From Bryobacterales bacterium (GTDB lineage: Bacteria; Acidobacteriota; Terriglobia; Bryobacterales; UBA6623): DNA of 64,000 nucleotides. The notes below the pieces were generated by a model. It was not told where the DNA came from, did no database searches, and saw nothing but the letters and a program-made list of their open reading frames with translations. The number at the start of each line of letters is the position of its first letter. The stretch's first letter is position 1. Positions 51,910 to 61,936 of this stretch are shown one piece after another. Made by a program: the position numbers and the translations under genes. The stretch spans positions 1,984,001-2,048,000 of the forward strand of contig OY729428.2 in the NCBI GenBank assembly GCA_963422375.2, in the 5' to 3' direction.

Positions 51910-52725
51910 CTACTTCGGCTTCCACTCCGGCCATGCATCGTCCAGCAAGAGCGCAAGCCGCACGGCCGCCTTCGCTAGCTGATCAACCACGATGTCGTAC
52001 GCCTCGCTGAGCGCCCGCCCCCTCAGCACCGTCTGGGCCGCCGCGCTGTCAACCAGCGGGTAGACGTTCCCGGTGGCGACCTGATGCGTTTCCCACGTCC
52101 ATGACTCGTAGGTCCCCTTCTTCCAGGCCTCGGTGTCCGCTGCCGCGAGGTGCCGCCTGACTCGCTCCAGTACCGCGTCCTCCGAGCCCATGCGCTTGAT
52201 CAGGTCGCCCTCCCACAAGTCGAAAAGCGGCCTCGCGTCGCCTGCGAGGACCACGACGCTGGCCTCCTTGCCGTCACTGGGAGGATAGCCATTCAGCAGC
52301 GGCTGGTGCATGTCGGCCGCCAGGCTGACTAGCATCTTGAAGGCATCTACAATCTCTGGTCTCTCTCGGATCGAGAGGCGCATGATTCCCACGCACTCGC
52401 GCACCTTCGCGGTTACACAGTCCCCGAGGGGGCAATCTCGATCCAAGTCGACCCCGGTCGCGCCGGGCGGAATCGTGATGGAGTGCCAAGCCTCGGTCTC
52501 CGGCCTCTCGCTGACGATATCGTGGCCCCAGGTCGCCACGTCCACCAGCCTCGGGTCTCTTCCGAGCAGGTACGAAACGCGACGCTTCGCGTTGTCGCTG
52601 AGTCGCTCCTCGGCTGCCATCGCCACGATCCGATGGCCTTCGTCGCTCCATCCGAAGAGGGCGGATGCCGATACAACGCTGGTTGCGAGTAGCAGCCAGC
52701 GTTTGCGGGAACGACCAAACCGCAT
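51910..52725 (-). CDS. S1/P1 nuclease-like secreted protein, degenerate metal site
   Basis: Signal peptide followed by WSDEGH, WH, CP.GDCV, DMHQPL and QLAKAAVRLA.LL motifs. Confidence 0.85.
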   Translation of the reverse strand: MRFGRSRKRWLLLATSVVSASALFGWSDEGHRIVAMAAEERLSDNAKRRVSYLLGRDPRLVDVATWGHDIVSERPETEAWHSITIPPGATGVDLDRDCPLGDCVTAKVRECVGIMRLSIRERPEIVDAFKMLVSLAADMHQPLLNGYPPSDGKEASVVVLAGDARPLFDLWEGDLIKRMGSEDAVLERVRRHLAAADTEAWKKGTYESWTWETHQVATGNVYPLVDSAAAQTVLRGRALSEAYDIVVDQLAKAAVRLALLLDDAWPEWKPK

Positions 52726-52800
52726 CCTAGTAGGATAGTTCCTGCGGGCTCGCGCGTTCGGGGGCAGGTTGGGACTGTGTCCGAGCGTTCCCGGCAAGGC

Positions 52801-53823
52801 ATGACGGCCGGACAGATTGCGGCGCTGGTCGGCGGCGAGCTTGTGGGCGACGCCGGCGTCGCGCTAGATTCGGCGCGCACGCTGGAAAGGGCGCGGGGGG
52901 CGGATCTGGCCTTCTGGGAGCGGAAGCGGCCGGATGGTCGGCTTCCGGAGACGCTAGCCGGTTGCGTGATCGTCGACACTCGCACGAGCGCAGCAGGGCG
53001 CACGCTGATCCGCTGCCAGCATCCCCGCCTGGCCTTCGCCCGCGCCCTTCGCGCGCTGGCACCCCTCGCCGTGCCGGCGGCCGGGGTCGATCCGACAGCG
53101 AGCGTTCACCATGCCGCGAAGCTCGGCCGCGGGACCTTCGTCGGACCGCTGGCCGTCGTGGAGGCGGACGCCGAGGTGGGAGAGTCCTGTATCCTCGCCG
53201 GCCAGACGTTCGTCGGCGGGGGCGCCGTCCTCGGGCGCGAGTGCCGCCTGCATCCGGGAGCGCGCGTCCTCGACAACGCCCGGCTCGGCGACCGCGTGAT
53301 CCTGCACAGCGGAGCGGTCATAGGGGCCGACGGATTCGGCCTGGTGCTTGACGCCGACCATTACGAGAAGTTCCCGCAGGTTGGAGGCGTAGAGATTGGA
53401 GACGACGTCGAGGTCGGTGCCAATTCCTGCGTGGACCGAGGCGCCCTGGACGCCACCCGCATCGGATCCGGCTCCAAGCTCGACAACCTTGTCCATGTCG
53501 GTCACAACTGCCAGATCGGGCGGCACGTGGTCATGGCGGCGCAGGTGGGTTTGTCGGGAAGCGTCGTAGTCGAGGACTACGCCGTCCTCGGCGGCCAGGC
53601 GGGAATCGGTGACCGGGCACGAATCGGCCGGGGAGCCCAGCTGGGCGGCCAAGTCGGGCTGCTGCCGGACAAGACTCTGGCCGCCGGCGGCTCCTACTGG
53701 GGCACGCCCGCCCGGCCACTGCGCAAGCAGCTCGCCAGCCAGGCCCGAGTGAACCGACTGTCCGCGCTCTTCGACGAGGTGAAGCGGCTGCGCGCCCGCA
53801 TCGAGGAGCTCGAAGCGTCATGA
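52801..53823 (+). CDS. lpxD: UDP-3-O-(3-hydroxymyristoyl)glucosamine N-acyltransferase
   Basis: Hexapeptide repeats; IGADGFG, KFPQVG, VDRGAL and DNLVHVGHN motifs. Confidence 0.97.
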   Translation: MTAGQIAALVGGELVGDAGVALDSARTLERARGADLAFWERKRPDGRLPETLAGCVIVDTRTSAAGRTLIRCQHPRLAFARALRALAPLAVPAAGVDPTASVHHAAKLGRGTFVGPLAVVEADAEVGESCILAGQTFVGGGAVLGRECRLHPGARVLDNARLGDRVILHSGAVIGADGFGLVLDADHYEKFPQVGGVEIGDDVEVGANSCVDRGALDATRIGSGSKLDNLVHVGHNCQIGRHVVMAAQVGLSGSVVVEDYAVLGGQAGIGDRARIGRGAQLGGQVGLLPDKTLAAGGSYWGTPARPLRKQLASQARVNRLSALFDEVKRLRARIEELEAS

Positions 53824-54428
53824 GAGCGGTCGTCATCGGCGGGTGCAGCCGCAATGTCGGTAAGACCAGCCTCGCGGTTTCCCTGATCGCCGCCACGAGG
53901 GATCTCGAATGGACGGCGGTTAAGGTGACCCAGTTCGGGCACGGGGTCTGCTCCCGGAGCGGAGGGCCCTGCGGCTGCGAGGTGGCCACTCCGCAGTGCC
54001 CGTACGAGATCTGCCGCGAGGGCGGGCTGGATCCCGGCACGGACACAGCTCGCATGCTGGCCGCAGGCGCTTCGGAAGTGCTGTGGGTGCGAGCGGCGTT
54101 GGGGCAACTGGGCGTGGCGGTCCCGGCTCTCCGCGAGATGCTGCGCGACAAGCGCAGCGTTCTTCTCGAGTCGAACAGCATCGTCGAGCACATGACGCCC
54201 GCCGCATACCTTTCGGTCCTGCAATGCGACGTGGACGATTTGAAGGAAAGCGCCGCCCGACTCGCGCCGCGAGCGGACGCCTTCGTGCTGCCTCCGTCCG
54301 AGCGGGTCGCGCCGACTTGGGACCGATTCGATCCGCGCCTGCTAGGGTCGAGGCGCACTTTTCGGGTCGCGCCGCCGTCCTACTGCACGCCGGAGCTCGT
54401 CGGATTCGTCAGAGACCGGTTGGCGTGA
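53820..54428 (+). CDS. Hypothetical P-loop protein (MobB-like) with Cys-rich insert
   Basis: GGCSRNVGKT, AVKVT, DTARMLAAGA and LLESNS motifs; ATGA overlap with lpxD stop. Confidence 0.7.
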   Translation: MRAVVIGGCSRNVGKTSLAVSLIAATRDLEWTAVKVTQFGHGVCSRSGGPCGCEVATPQCPYEICREGGLDPGTDTARMLAAGASEVLWVRAALGQLGVAVPALREMLRDKRSVLLESNSIVEHMTPAAYLSVLQCDVDDLKESAARLAPRADAFVLPPSERVAPTWDRFDPRLLGSRRTFRVAPPSYCTPELVGFVRDRLA

Positions 54429-54471
54429 GACTGGCCGCGGTCACGGAAACGATTCAGAGAGGAAACCGCAG

Positions 54472-55893
54472 GTGCTGACAAAAGCTGCCGTCTTCGGCGC
54501 CCTAATGCTTCTCGGCCCGGCCCACGCGACGGCCCGGCCGAATATCGTGCTCATCCTTGCCGACGACCTCGGCTGGAGCGATGTGAGCTTCCACGGGGGA
54601 GCGATTCCGACTCCCAGCATCGACCGGATCGCGGCCGAGGGGGTCGAACTCGACCGGTTCTACGCGTGCCCCGTGTGCTCGCCCACCAGGGCGGGCCTGA
54701 TGACCGGGCGCTATCCGATTCGGTTCGGGATGCAGCGCGCCGTGTGCCGGCCGTTTCTCGAAGCGGGCGTGCCGGCCTCCGAGGAGACGCTTCCCGAAAT
54801 GCTGGGCCGGGCAGGGTACCGGCACCGCGGAATCGCGGGCAAGTGGCACATCGGCCACGCATTTCGCCGGTTCCACCCGCTGAACCAAGGGTTCCTGTCA
54901 TTCGTGGGCCACTTCAACGGCAACATCGACTATTTCACCCACCACCGGGAGGGCGAGCTCGACTGGCACAGGGGCTTCGAGCCGAACTACGACCAAGGCT
55001 ACTCCACCGACCTGATCGCGGAGGAAGCCGTCCGCTTCATCGAAGGGCATGCGGGCGACGCCCCGTTCTTCCTATACGTGCCGTTCAACTCTCCGCACAC
55101 GCCCCTGCAGGTTCCCGACCGCTGGCTCGAGCCTTTCGCCGGCGTGGAAGACGGCAAGAGGCGGGTCTACATGGCGATGGTGGCGTCGCTGGACGACGCA
55201 GTCGGCCGGATCCTCGCTGCGCTCCGTCGCAGCGGTGTCGACGATGACACGCTCGTGTGGTTTGCCAGCGACAACGGAGGGCAGGCGCTCGCGGACAACG
55301 CGCCGCTGAGGGCGGGCAAGGGAACGGTCTACGAAGGGGGCACGCGCGTCGCGGCGGCCTTGCGCTGGCCGGGCGGGCTGCCGGGGGACGGCCGCAAGGT
55401 GACGGGCTTGATCAGCTACATTGACGTCTGGCCGACGCTGCGACGCGTCGCGGGCCTCGGCGCGGGCAACGGGCCCGGGGAGCCCTTGGACGGCGAGGAC
55501 ATGCTCGACGTCATCGCGGGGAGGCGGGAAGCCGGGAAACGGCAGTTCTTCTCCTACTACGAGCGCTACGGCGACGAGCAACTGGCTGTGATCGACGGCG
55601 ACTGGAAGCTCGTGAGGCGGGGCCCGCCGATTCTCGGACCGAATCCGGCCGACGCTCCGCCGCCCGGGCATCAACCCAGGCCTGCCGGCTCCGAGAGGGT
55701 GGAGCTGTTCAATCTCGCGGACGATCCCTTGGAGAGCGCGGATCTAGCGCGGCGCGAAACGGCGCGCGTTCAAGCGATGATTGCGATGTTGCGGGATTTC
55801 CGCGCGCTGCGAGAGGACGGAGGGGTGCCTCCGATGACGGCACCGACGCCCCCCGGCTGGAAGGCGCCGCCTGAGTGGCGGATGGCGAGATGA
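54472..55893 (+). CDS. Arylsulfatase (ARSB-like)
   Basis: PNIVLILADDLGW, CSPTRAGLMTGRY, GKWHIG, PHTPLQ and SDNGG motifs. Confidence 0.95.
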   Translation: MLTKAAVFGALMLLGPAHATARPNIVLILADDLGWSDVSFHGGAIPTPSIDRIAAEGVELDRFYACPVCSPTRAGLMTGRYPIRFGMQRAVCRPFLEAGVPASEETLPEMLGRAGYRHRGIAGKWHIGHAFRRFHPLNQGFLSFVGHFNGNIDYFTHHREGELDWHRGFEPNYDQGYSTDLIAEEAVRFIEGHAGDAPFFLYVPFNSPHTPLQVPDRWLEPFAGVEDGKRRVYMAMVASLDDAVGRILAALRRSGVDDDTLVWFASDNGGQALADNAPLRAGKGTVYEGGTRVAAALRWPGGLPGDGRKVTGLISYIDVWPTLRRVAGLGAGNGPGEPLDGEDMLDVIAGRREAGKRQFFSYYERYGDEQLAVIDGDWKLVRRGPPILGPNPADAPPPGHQPRPAGSERVELFNLADDPLESADLARRETARVQAMIAMLRDFRALREDGGVPPMTAPTPPGWKAPPEWRMAR

Positions 55894-55934
55894 GGCAGGA
55901 TTCCGCCCGGACGTGAAATTTGTGCTGCGTCCGC

Positions 55935-55963
55935 TTGACAGGCCCGCCGGTGCATGCTAGCAT
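55935..55963 (+). promoter_or_regulatory. Sigma70 promoter of the tRNA gene
   Basis: TTGACA (55935-55940), 17-bp spacer, TAGCAT (55958-55963) with upstream TG. Confidence 0.8.
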
Positions 55964-55968
55964 TCAAG

Positions 55969-56045
<77 letters not shown>

Positions 56046-56166
56046 ATCCCTGTTCCCGTCGGCCGTCGAATGCGAGCACTGGATTGAGCTAGGCCAGCCC
56101 CGCCGTCGCTAATGGGGCAATGCGTGAGTTGCGCCCCTGTCTCGGGCACCGCTCCAAGGAGATCAG

Positions 56167-56763
56167 ATGCCCGTTCGGACTGTCGAGATCGATTCGAGTA
56201 CGTACGAGCGACTTGTGTGGCACGCCCGCCCGTTCGTCGATTCCCCGAATTCGGTCATCAAGCGGGCACTTGACGCCTTGGACAAGGCGGAGGGCAACGC
56301 GCTGCCCCAGGATTCTCCAGCGGCGGCGAAGAAGTCAGGCCAGTCGCCGGTCGCCTCCCCTCGCGCTGCCAAGCCAGTGGATCCTGACCGGCCCGGCAAG
56401 CTGGCGTTCACGACAATCCGGAGCGTCACGATCGAAGGCGAGTCGGTGGCTGAGCCCAGCTGGACCAAGCTGGTTGAATCGCTGCTCGTCAGGGGCCTCG
56501 CGCACGTCCATGGCAGCTTGGTGGACCTCAACGCACTGGTCGGCATGGAGCTGACCGAAGGGGATACACCGAACAAGAAGACCAGAAAGATTCCGGGGTC
56601 GGACATAAACTATCGAACCGGCCTAGGTGCGAACAATTCGCTCCGCACCATTGCGAGAGTCGCACGTGGTTTGGGCGTGCCGGTCGACATTCGGATCGAG
56701 TGGGAAGACACCCCGGGGGCGGCGCGACCCAGGGAGGTCGGTCTCATCAAGATTCGCCCGTGA
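56167..56763 (+). CDS. Hypothetical protein resembling the 'T4SS effector SepA' family (SeqA-N-like N-terminus)
   Basis: Good SD (aaggag). VEIDSSTYERL..HARPFVDSPNSVIKRAL and VDIRIEWEDTPGAARP recall this family. Confidence 0.6.
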   Translation: MPVRTVEIDSSTYERLVWHARPFVDSPNSVIKRALDALDKAEGNALPQDSPAAAKKSGQSPVASPRAAKPVDPDRPGKLAFTTIRSVTIEGESVAEPSWTKLVESLLVRGLAHVHGSLVDLNALVGMELTEGDTPNKKTRKIPGSDINYRTGLGANNSLRTIARVARGLGVPVDIRIEWEDTPGAARPREVGLIKIRP

Positions 56764-56764
56764 G

Positions 56765-56783
56765 CCGCCCGCGCGGCGGGCGG
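56765..56783 (+). terminator. GC hairpin immediately after the stop codon (no U tract)
   Basis: ccgcccgc-gcg-gcgggcgg, a perfect 8-bp stem. Confidence 0.3.
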
Positions 56784-57166
56784 ACGGTCCGCAAGACCGG
56801 CGGTGCTTGGTTGCTACGCCTGCGCGGCAGCGCCATGGGACGAGTTGCACGACCCGGTTCATCAGATCTCGGACAATGGGTCGATCGCGCGCGATGCGGG
56901 ACGCAACTAGCCCGGACCGGGTGAAGCTGTCGGCGGATGGTTTCCTCCGAAGGTGCCGGGCTGAATTCCCGCCAGCCCCGCCAAACTGCACGCGACCTGC
57001 TGCGAGCAACACGCCTGACGTGGCCGGAAACCCGGTCGCAGTCCAACTCGTCGCGACTCGGAACGCGGCGACTCCAAGCTAGGTGTCTTGGCATTCGATC
57101 CAAGTCGGCGTTTGACGGGGAGCGCCAAGCACTCTCGGCGCGCGGGCCGTTCGCGGATTTGCCGGA

Positions 57167-57441
57167 CTAGACGCCTCCAGTGCGACGCTCGACCCGTATC
57201 GTCTTGACGCGGGCCGTGCGGTCGCGAATGGTCCTCAGGCTGGATTTGGGCAAGCCGAGGTACCTCGCCAGAGACCGCAGAACCGCGCGATTGGCCCTGT
57301 CGTCTTGCGGCGCCGCGGTGACGCGCACGTGGAATCCCTCCGAGCCGTCGGGGAAGATTGCAGCCTCGACGCTGTTACGACCAGCCTTGGGCGAGACTCG
57401 TACACGGACGATTCGCGGCTGGCGAGACCAACGTTCGACAT
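57167..57441 (-). pseudogene. DUF167/YggU family protein lacking an in-frame start (missed by ORF track)
   Basis: IVRVRVSPKAGRNSVE...FHVRVTAAPQDDRANRAVLRSLARYLGLPKSSL...RVKTIRVE; nearest ATG (57441) is out of frame. Confidence 0.7.
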
Positions 57442-57532
57442 TGCGTGCCTGTGCCGAGTCGTGCCGAAGCAGCCACTCGCCGGGCCGTCGGCGAGGCGGC
57501 GCCCCTTCCCCACGCCGACGCAGCGGCCGCCC

Positions 57533-58585
57533 CTAGGCCTCCTCGCCGGCGGCGAGTCTCGACCAGACCTGCCGGGCCGTGATCCTAACGGTGTTGTTGC
57601 TGCTTGAGAGCCTCGGGAAGATCGCGGCCGCTGCCTCGGCTGACGCAATCTTGCCGAGGCCGAGCATCGCTGCGCACTGGAGGTGCTCCGCGTCGCGTGC
57701 CAGCGCATCGAGGTAGATCTCCATCGCTTCGTCCGCGTTGCCTGCCTGGAGCTGGCCGTCCGCGAAGCGGAGCAGGCTGTCGCCAAACTCGATCCGCTGC
57801 CATTCGCTCAGACCGTCGAGAGCCGGGTACGGGACCTTGGAGCCGTCCGAGAGGCCGATCCGCGCCCACGCCTTCATGCCCGCAATCGCGATGTCGGGAT
57901 CGGCCGATCCCATTGCCTCGATGCAGGCTCCGACGGCCTCCTCGGCCATCCTGTGGCCGAGCGCGGCAAGAATGCGCGGCTTGAAGTCGTCGGAGACGCT
58001 AGGCAGCGCCTTCAGCAGCGCTTCCTCGGCTGCCTTGCCCGGAATGCGCTCTAGGCAAAAGGCCGCTTCTTCCCGCAGATGGGGATCGTGGATAAACGCC
58101 GCGACCCTGTCGACGTCGTCTGTCGTCGCGATCAAGGACAGATGTCGCAGGGCCGTTGCCCTCTCGGTCCCATGCCGCTTGCTCTCTTCGAGCACGACAA
58201 GGAAATGCATCACTACGAGCTGGCGGCGGTCCATCCGCCCCGGGTCGTCTGGACGGCCGATGTTCGCGCCGAAGCTGCGCGGGTCGATCGTCTTCCCCAC
58301 CGAATGCACGAAGTTCTTGAGTGCTTCCTCGGCTGCCTTGCGCACGTTGAGCTTTTTCGACACCAGCAGCTCGCAGAGGGCCGGGATGACGCCGGGGTCG
58401 ACGTCCGCGACGTTCGACCAAGCGGCGTAATTCGCGTTCTCGTCGTCGCTGCGGATGCCGGCGAGAAACTTGTCTTCGGCCTCCGCCGCGGATACGGCCT
58501 GCGAAGAGGCGACCGCGACCGCGGCTGCCGCGGCGACCGCGCCTGTGTGGCCGGACGGGGACGAAATCTCTTGAGGGTCGGTCAT
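57533..58585 (-). CDS. HEAT-repeat protein
   Basis: Helical repeats (LREEAAFCLERIPG, RILAALGHR, CAAMLGLGKI); downstream of the Gfo/Idh/MocA gene. Confidence 0.8.
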   Translation of the reverse strand: MTDPQEISSPSGHTGAVAAAAAVAVASSQAVSAAEAEDKFLAGIRSDDENANYAAWSNVADVDPGVIPALCELLVSKKLNVRKAAEEALKNFVHSVGKTIDPRSFGANIGRPDDPGRMDRRQLVVMHFLVVLEESKRHGTERATALRHLSLIATTDDVDRVAAFIHDPHLREEAAFCLERIPGKAAEEALLKALPSVSDDFKPRILAALGHRMAEEAVGACIEAMGSADPDIAIAGMKAWARIGLSDGSKVPYPALDGLSEWQRIEFGDSLLRFADGQLQAGNADEAMEIYLDALARDAEHLQCAAMLGLGKIASAEAAAAIFPRLSSSNNTVRITARQVWSRLAAGEEA

Positions 58586-58649
58586 GGCTTGTTGCTCTCT
58601 CTGGTTGCTACCCGCGTGTCGTACTGCCTTGCCCGTTGCCCGCGACGCC

Positions 58650-59996
58650 TTACAGATGCCAAGGGCCCCGCCCCGGGCGGCTGAGCATGCGGTTGGCCTC
58701 CTGGTCGTTGCGAACGCGCTCGTTCACCGGATCCCAGTCGAGCTTGCGTTGGAGCCGGTACGAGATGTTGCCGAGTATGCACAGGATGGAGACCCGGTGT
58801 GCCGACTCGATGTCCATAATCGGCAGCTCCCGCGTGCGGATGCAGTCCTCGAAGTTCTCGCCGTGGCCGGGGCTCTGGAAGACCTCCACGCCGCCGTACG
58901 GCATTTCGTAGTCCTTGGCCACTTGGTCGGTGTCGGTGGTGTTGCGATCGCCGTAGGTGACCGTGATATGCCCTTGGTCGCCCCAGTAGACCGCCCCGTA
59001 CTGGGCGTCGAGCTCCTTGGACGGCTCCCCTGGCTGCGCCCATATCAGCGTCCAGTCCGGATCCTTAAACTCGTAGGTCACGGTCATGCTCTGCGGGGTG
59101 TCGTAGATTCCGCCGGGGTGGTGTGGCTCGCCGGTCGCATCCACGCTGACGGGGCCGGTGCGGTCCGCGTTCATGACCCATTGCGCCACGCTCATCACGT
59201 GCGCACCGCGGTCGCGGATCTGGCCGCCGCCGAAGTCGAGCATCCAGCGGAAGCTGCCGTGCGTGCGGGTGGAGTTGTACGGGACCTCGCGGGCAGGCCC
59301 GATCCAGGCGTCGTAGTCCAGCCGTGACGGCGGCTCCGAGTCCGGCGTCCAATCGCCGGGCGGGTTCTCGTAGTGCCAGCACCTCACTTCGCGAACCGTG
59401 CCGATCTGGTCGTTGTTGACGTACTTCTTCGCGTGGTAGGCGGCTTCCTGCGAGCGCCCCTGGGATCCGACTTGCACGACGCGGCCGTAGCGTTCCGCGG
59501 CCGTCACCATCGCTCGGCCCTCCTCCACGGTCTTGGCCGCGGGCTTCTCGACGTAGACGTCCTTGCCCGCCTGGCACGCCATGATCGTCATCAGCGCATG
59601 CCAGTGGTCCGGGGACGCGATGAAGACCGCGTCGATGTCCTTGACCTCGAGCAGCCTCCGGAAGTCCTTGAAGAGGCGCGGCTTGCCGCCGACCATCGTG
59701 GCGGACATATCCAAGCGGCTGGAATCCACGTCGCACAGGGCCGTGGAGAGCGCCGGGCGCATGTAGCGGTCGCCCGTCCCGCCTAGGTTCTCCCAGGGCT
59801 GGACCTTCTGGTCGACGCGCGCGAGCGGCCGCAGGAAGCGGCGGCCGCGGCCTCCCAGGCCGATGTGCCCGAAGTTCAGGCGGTCGCTGGGGGCCGGGCT
59901 TGCGAGCACCGACGCCGGGACGATCGTGAAGCCGAGGCCGGCGGAAGCCGCCCCCGAGAGAAAGGTTCTGCGTGAGACGCTGTCGTTGTTCTCCAT
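58650..59996 (-). CDS. Tat-exported Gfo/Idh/MocA oxidoreductase
   Basis: SRRTFL Tat motif, IGLGGRG, SPDHWH, DVYVEKP and DRGAH motifs. Confidence 0.95.
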   Translation of the reverse strand: MENNDSVSRRTFLSGAASAGLGFTIVPASVLASPAPSDRLNFGHIGLGGRGRRFLRPLARVDQKVQPWENLGGTGDRYMRPALSTALCDVDSSRLDMSATMVGGKPRLFKDFRRLLEVKDIDAVFIASPDHWHALMTIMACQAGKDVYVEKPAAKTVEEGRAMVTAAERYGRVVQVGSQGRSQEAAYHAKKYVNNDQIGTVREVRCWHYENPPGDWTPDSEPPSRLDYDAWIGPAREVPYNSTRTHGSFRWMLDFGGGQIRDRGAHVMSVAQWVMNADRTGPVSVDATGEPHHPGGIYDTPQSMTVTYEFKDPDWTLIWAQPGEPSKELDAQYGAVYWGDQGHITVTYGDRNTTDTDQVAKDYEMPYGGVEVFQSPGHGENFEDCIRTRELPIMDIESAHRVSILCILGNISYRLQRKLDWDPVNERVRNDQEANRMLSRPGRGPWHL

Positions 59997-60167
59997 TCGT
60001 GCCTCGACTGCCTGCGTACGGCCTCGGCCTGCGCGAACCGCCAAGGGCGGCTCGCACGATTGGGGCCAAGCGCAGGGATCTTGTAGATCATAGCGCAAGG
60101 CCCGGAGGACGGGCCGGATGCGGCGCGCCGGCGCGTGACCCGCCACGATTCTGTTATCGTCCGGCAC

Positions 60168-60602
60168 ATGGTCGCCGCCCCTACGCATGATGACGTCAAC
60201 CTGATCCTCAAGCTCTACGACCTGCGTCGAGAGAGCCGCATGCGCGAGGCGCGCGCCTGGTTCGACGAGCACTGCAGCTTCCGCACGCTGAAGGAACTCG
60301 AGGACGCCTGTCCGATGGGAAGCGACGCCAGTCAGTTCTTCTGGCAGGTCGTCACCTACTGGGACATGGTTGCGTCGTTCCTGAAGGTCGGCAACCTCCA
60401 TCGGGACCTGTTCCTCGAGAACCACGGCGAGATGGTATTCGTCTGGCTGCGCATCGCGAACGTGATCCCTGAAATGAGGGAGAAGTGGAAAAACCCCATG
60501 CTGCTGGAGAATCTGGAAGCTGCCGCGGCGGCCTACGAGGAGTGGGCTAGCGCGAGAGCTCCCGAGGCATGGGAGGCGATGAAAGGGTTCGTCGCGCCTT
60601 AG
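60168..60602 (+). CDS. DUF4760-like small helical protein
   Basis: DVNLILKLYDLRRE..MREARAWF...QVVTYWDMVAS recalls an acidobacterial family. Confidence 0.7.
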   Translation: MVAAPTHDDVNLILKLYDLRRESRMREARAWFDEHCSFRTLKELEDACPMGSDASQFFWQVVTYWDMVASFLKVGNLHRDLFLENHGEMVFVWLRIANVIPEMREKWKNPMLLENLEAAAAAYEEWASARAPEAWEAMKGFVAP

Positions 60603-60710
60603 TCGAACAGGCTGGCGCCGGGTCGGGCAGGGCCGGCTTCGGACCCTGCTATGATGCGCTCCCAGGTCGATCCGGGCAGCGCCCGGGCGGTCTTGGGAGG
60701 TGTTACGGGC

Positions 60711-61790
60711 ATGTCCGTTCGGCTAGCGTTCGTGGTCGCCGCTGCTGCAGTCCTGGCTGGCGGCCAGGCGACCAGCGACGGGACCGAGGACCCCGGCCTC
60801 CTCATCACCGCGGAATCGAACTTGGTCGTGGTTCGGTGCCACGTCTACCGGAATAAGGAGGCCGTCGGGGGCCTTGGGCCGGACGCATTCGAGCTCCGGG
60901 AAGACGGCGAGATCCAGGACATCGCGTTTGTCGAGGGGCCTCCCGGCGAGGGCGAAGAATCGGAACGGAGCGTGCCGACCGAGATCATCTTCCTGATCGA
61001 CTTCAGCTTGAGCGTGATGGAGCCCGGCCTGCTGGACTTCAAGACGGTCCGGAGCGCGATGCTCGAGAACCTGCGCGAGGACGTCCTGATCTCGATATAC
61101 GGCTTCGCGAACACCCTGAAGCGCTTCACCGGACCGACCCGCGACCTAGGAGCGCTGCAGAAAGCAATGGATCTCGCATTCAGATCCAAGGCGCTCGGCA
61201 GCCGTGTCTACCAGGCGATCATGCAGACTGCCCGCGACGCGGCGAGTCGCGGCGGCAACGCGTCCCGGATGATGGTGGTCTTCTCGGACGGTTTCGCCAC
61301 GACTGACCTTCGCCCCGAGATTGTCGTCGCGTCGGCGAAGGCCTTGGGCATACCGATCTATCCGGTCATCCTCGGGCACGACCGCATCATCCAGCGGGCG
61401 CAGGGCAGGCGGGGCGGCCACGGGGCGCTGCAGGGCACGCTGGGAGGCGCCGGCGGGCGGGCTAGGGATGCGCAGGTGTTCGGTCCGCCACGGTGGCCCA
61501 GCGGAAACCAGCAACGCCAGTCGAACGCTCGCATGCAAGAGCGCCGACAAGCAGAATTCGCGACGATCGGGCCGCAAACGGGCGGCCGGAGCTACGACCC
61601 GGACATCATCAACAACCTGGTGATACGGCAGATCCTCGCCTCTCTCGCGACGCTGGCCCAGACCGAGTACGTACTTGGCTACTACCCGAAGGCCGTGGAC
61701 GACGAAATGACGCCGCACCAAGTCGAAGTGAAGCTGACGAAGGGTGCAGTCGGCAAGCTATTCGGAGGGCAGCGGCTGGTCGTGCATTGA
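60711..61790 (+). CDS. VWA domain protein (acidobacterial VWFA-related), secreted
   Basis: Signal peptide, FELREDG..QDI, MIDAS DFSLS, VFSDG, TGGR and YVLGYYP motifs. Confidence 0.88.
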   Translation: MSVRLAFVVAAAAVLAGGQATSDGTEDPGLLITAESNLVVVRCHVYRNKEAVGGLGPDAFELREDGEIQDIAFVEGPPGEGEESERSVPTEIIFLIDFSLSVMEPGLLDFKTVRSAMLENLREDVLISIYGFANTLKRFTGPTRDLGALQKAMDLAFRSKALGSRVYQAIMQTARDAASRGGNASRMMVVFSDGFATTDLRPEIVVASAKALGIPIYPVILGHDRIIQRAQGRRGGHGALQGTLGGAGGRARDAQVFGPPRWPSGNQQRQSNARMQERRQAEFATIGPQTGGRSYDPDIINNLVIRQILASLATLAQTEYVLGYYPKAVDDEMTPHQVEVKLTKGAVGKLFGGQRLVVH

Positions 61791-61936
61791 TTCCGGCGGC
61801 TGGCGGAGAAGGTGACGTTTCCCGAGCATGGCGGAAGACGGCCGGCTGACTGCCGCGTGTCCCGGGAATCCCGTCGATTGACGACCAGCTCGCGACGCCG
61901 CCGGGGTTCCTCGCGCCCGAAGTCCGCACCGTCCGA

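Noticed and set aside
58650..60425. 591-aa extended oxidoreductase ORF
   Set aside because: The extension is antisense to the DUF4760-like gene; the Tat signal places the start at 59996.
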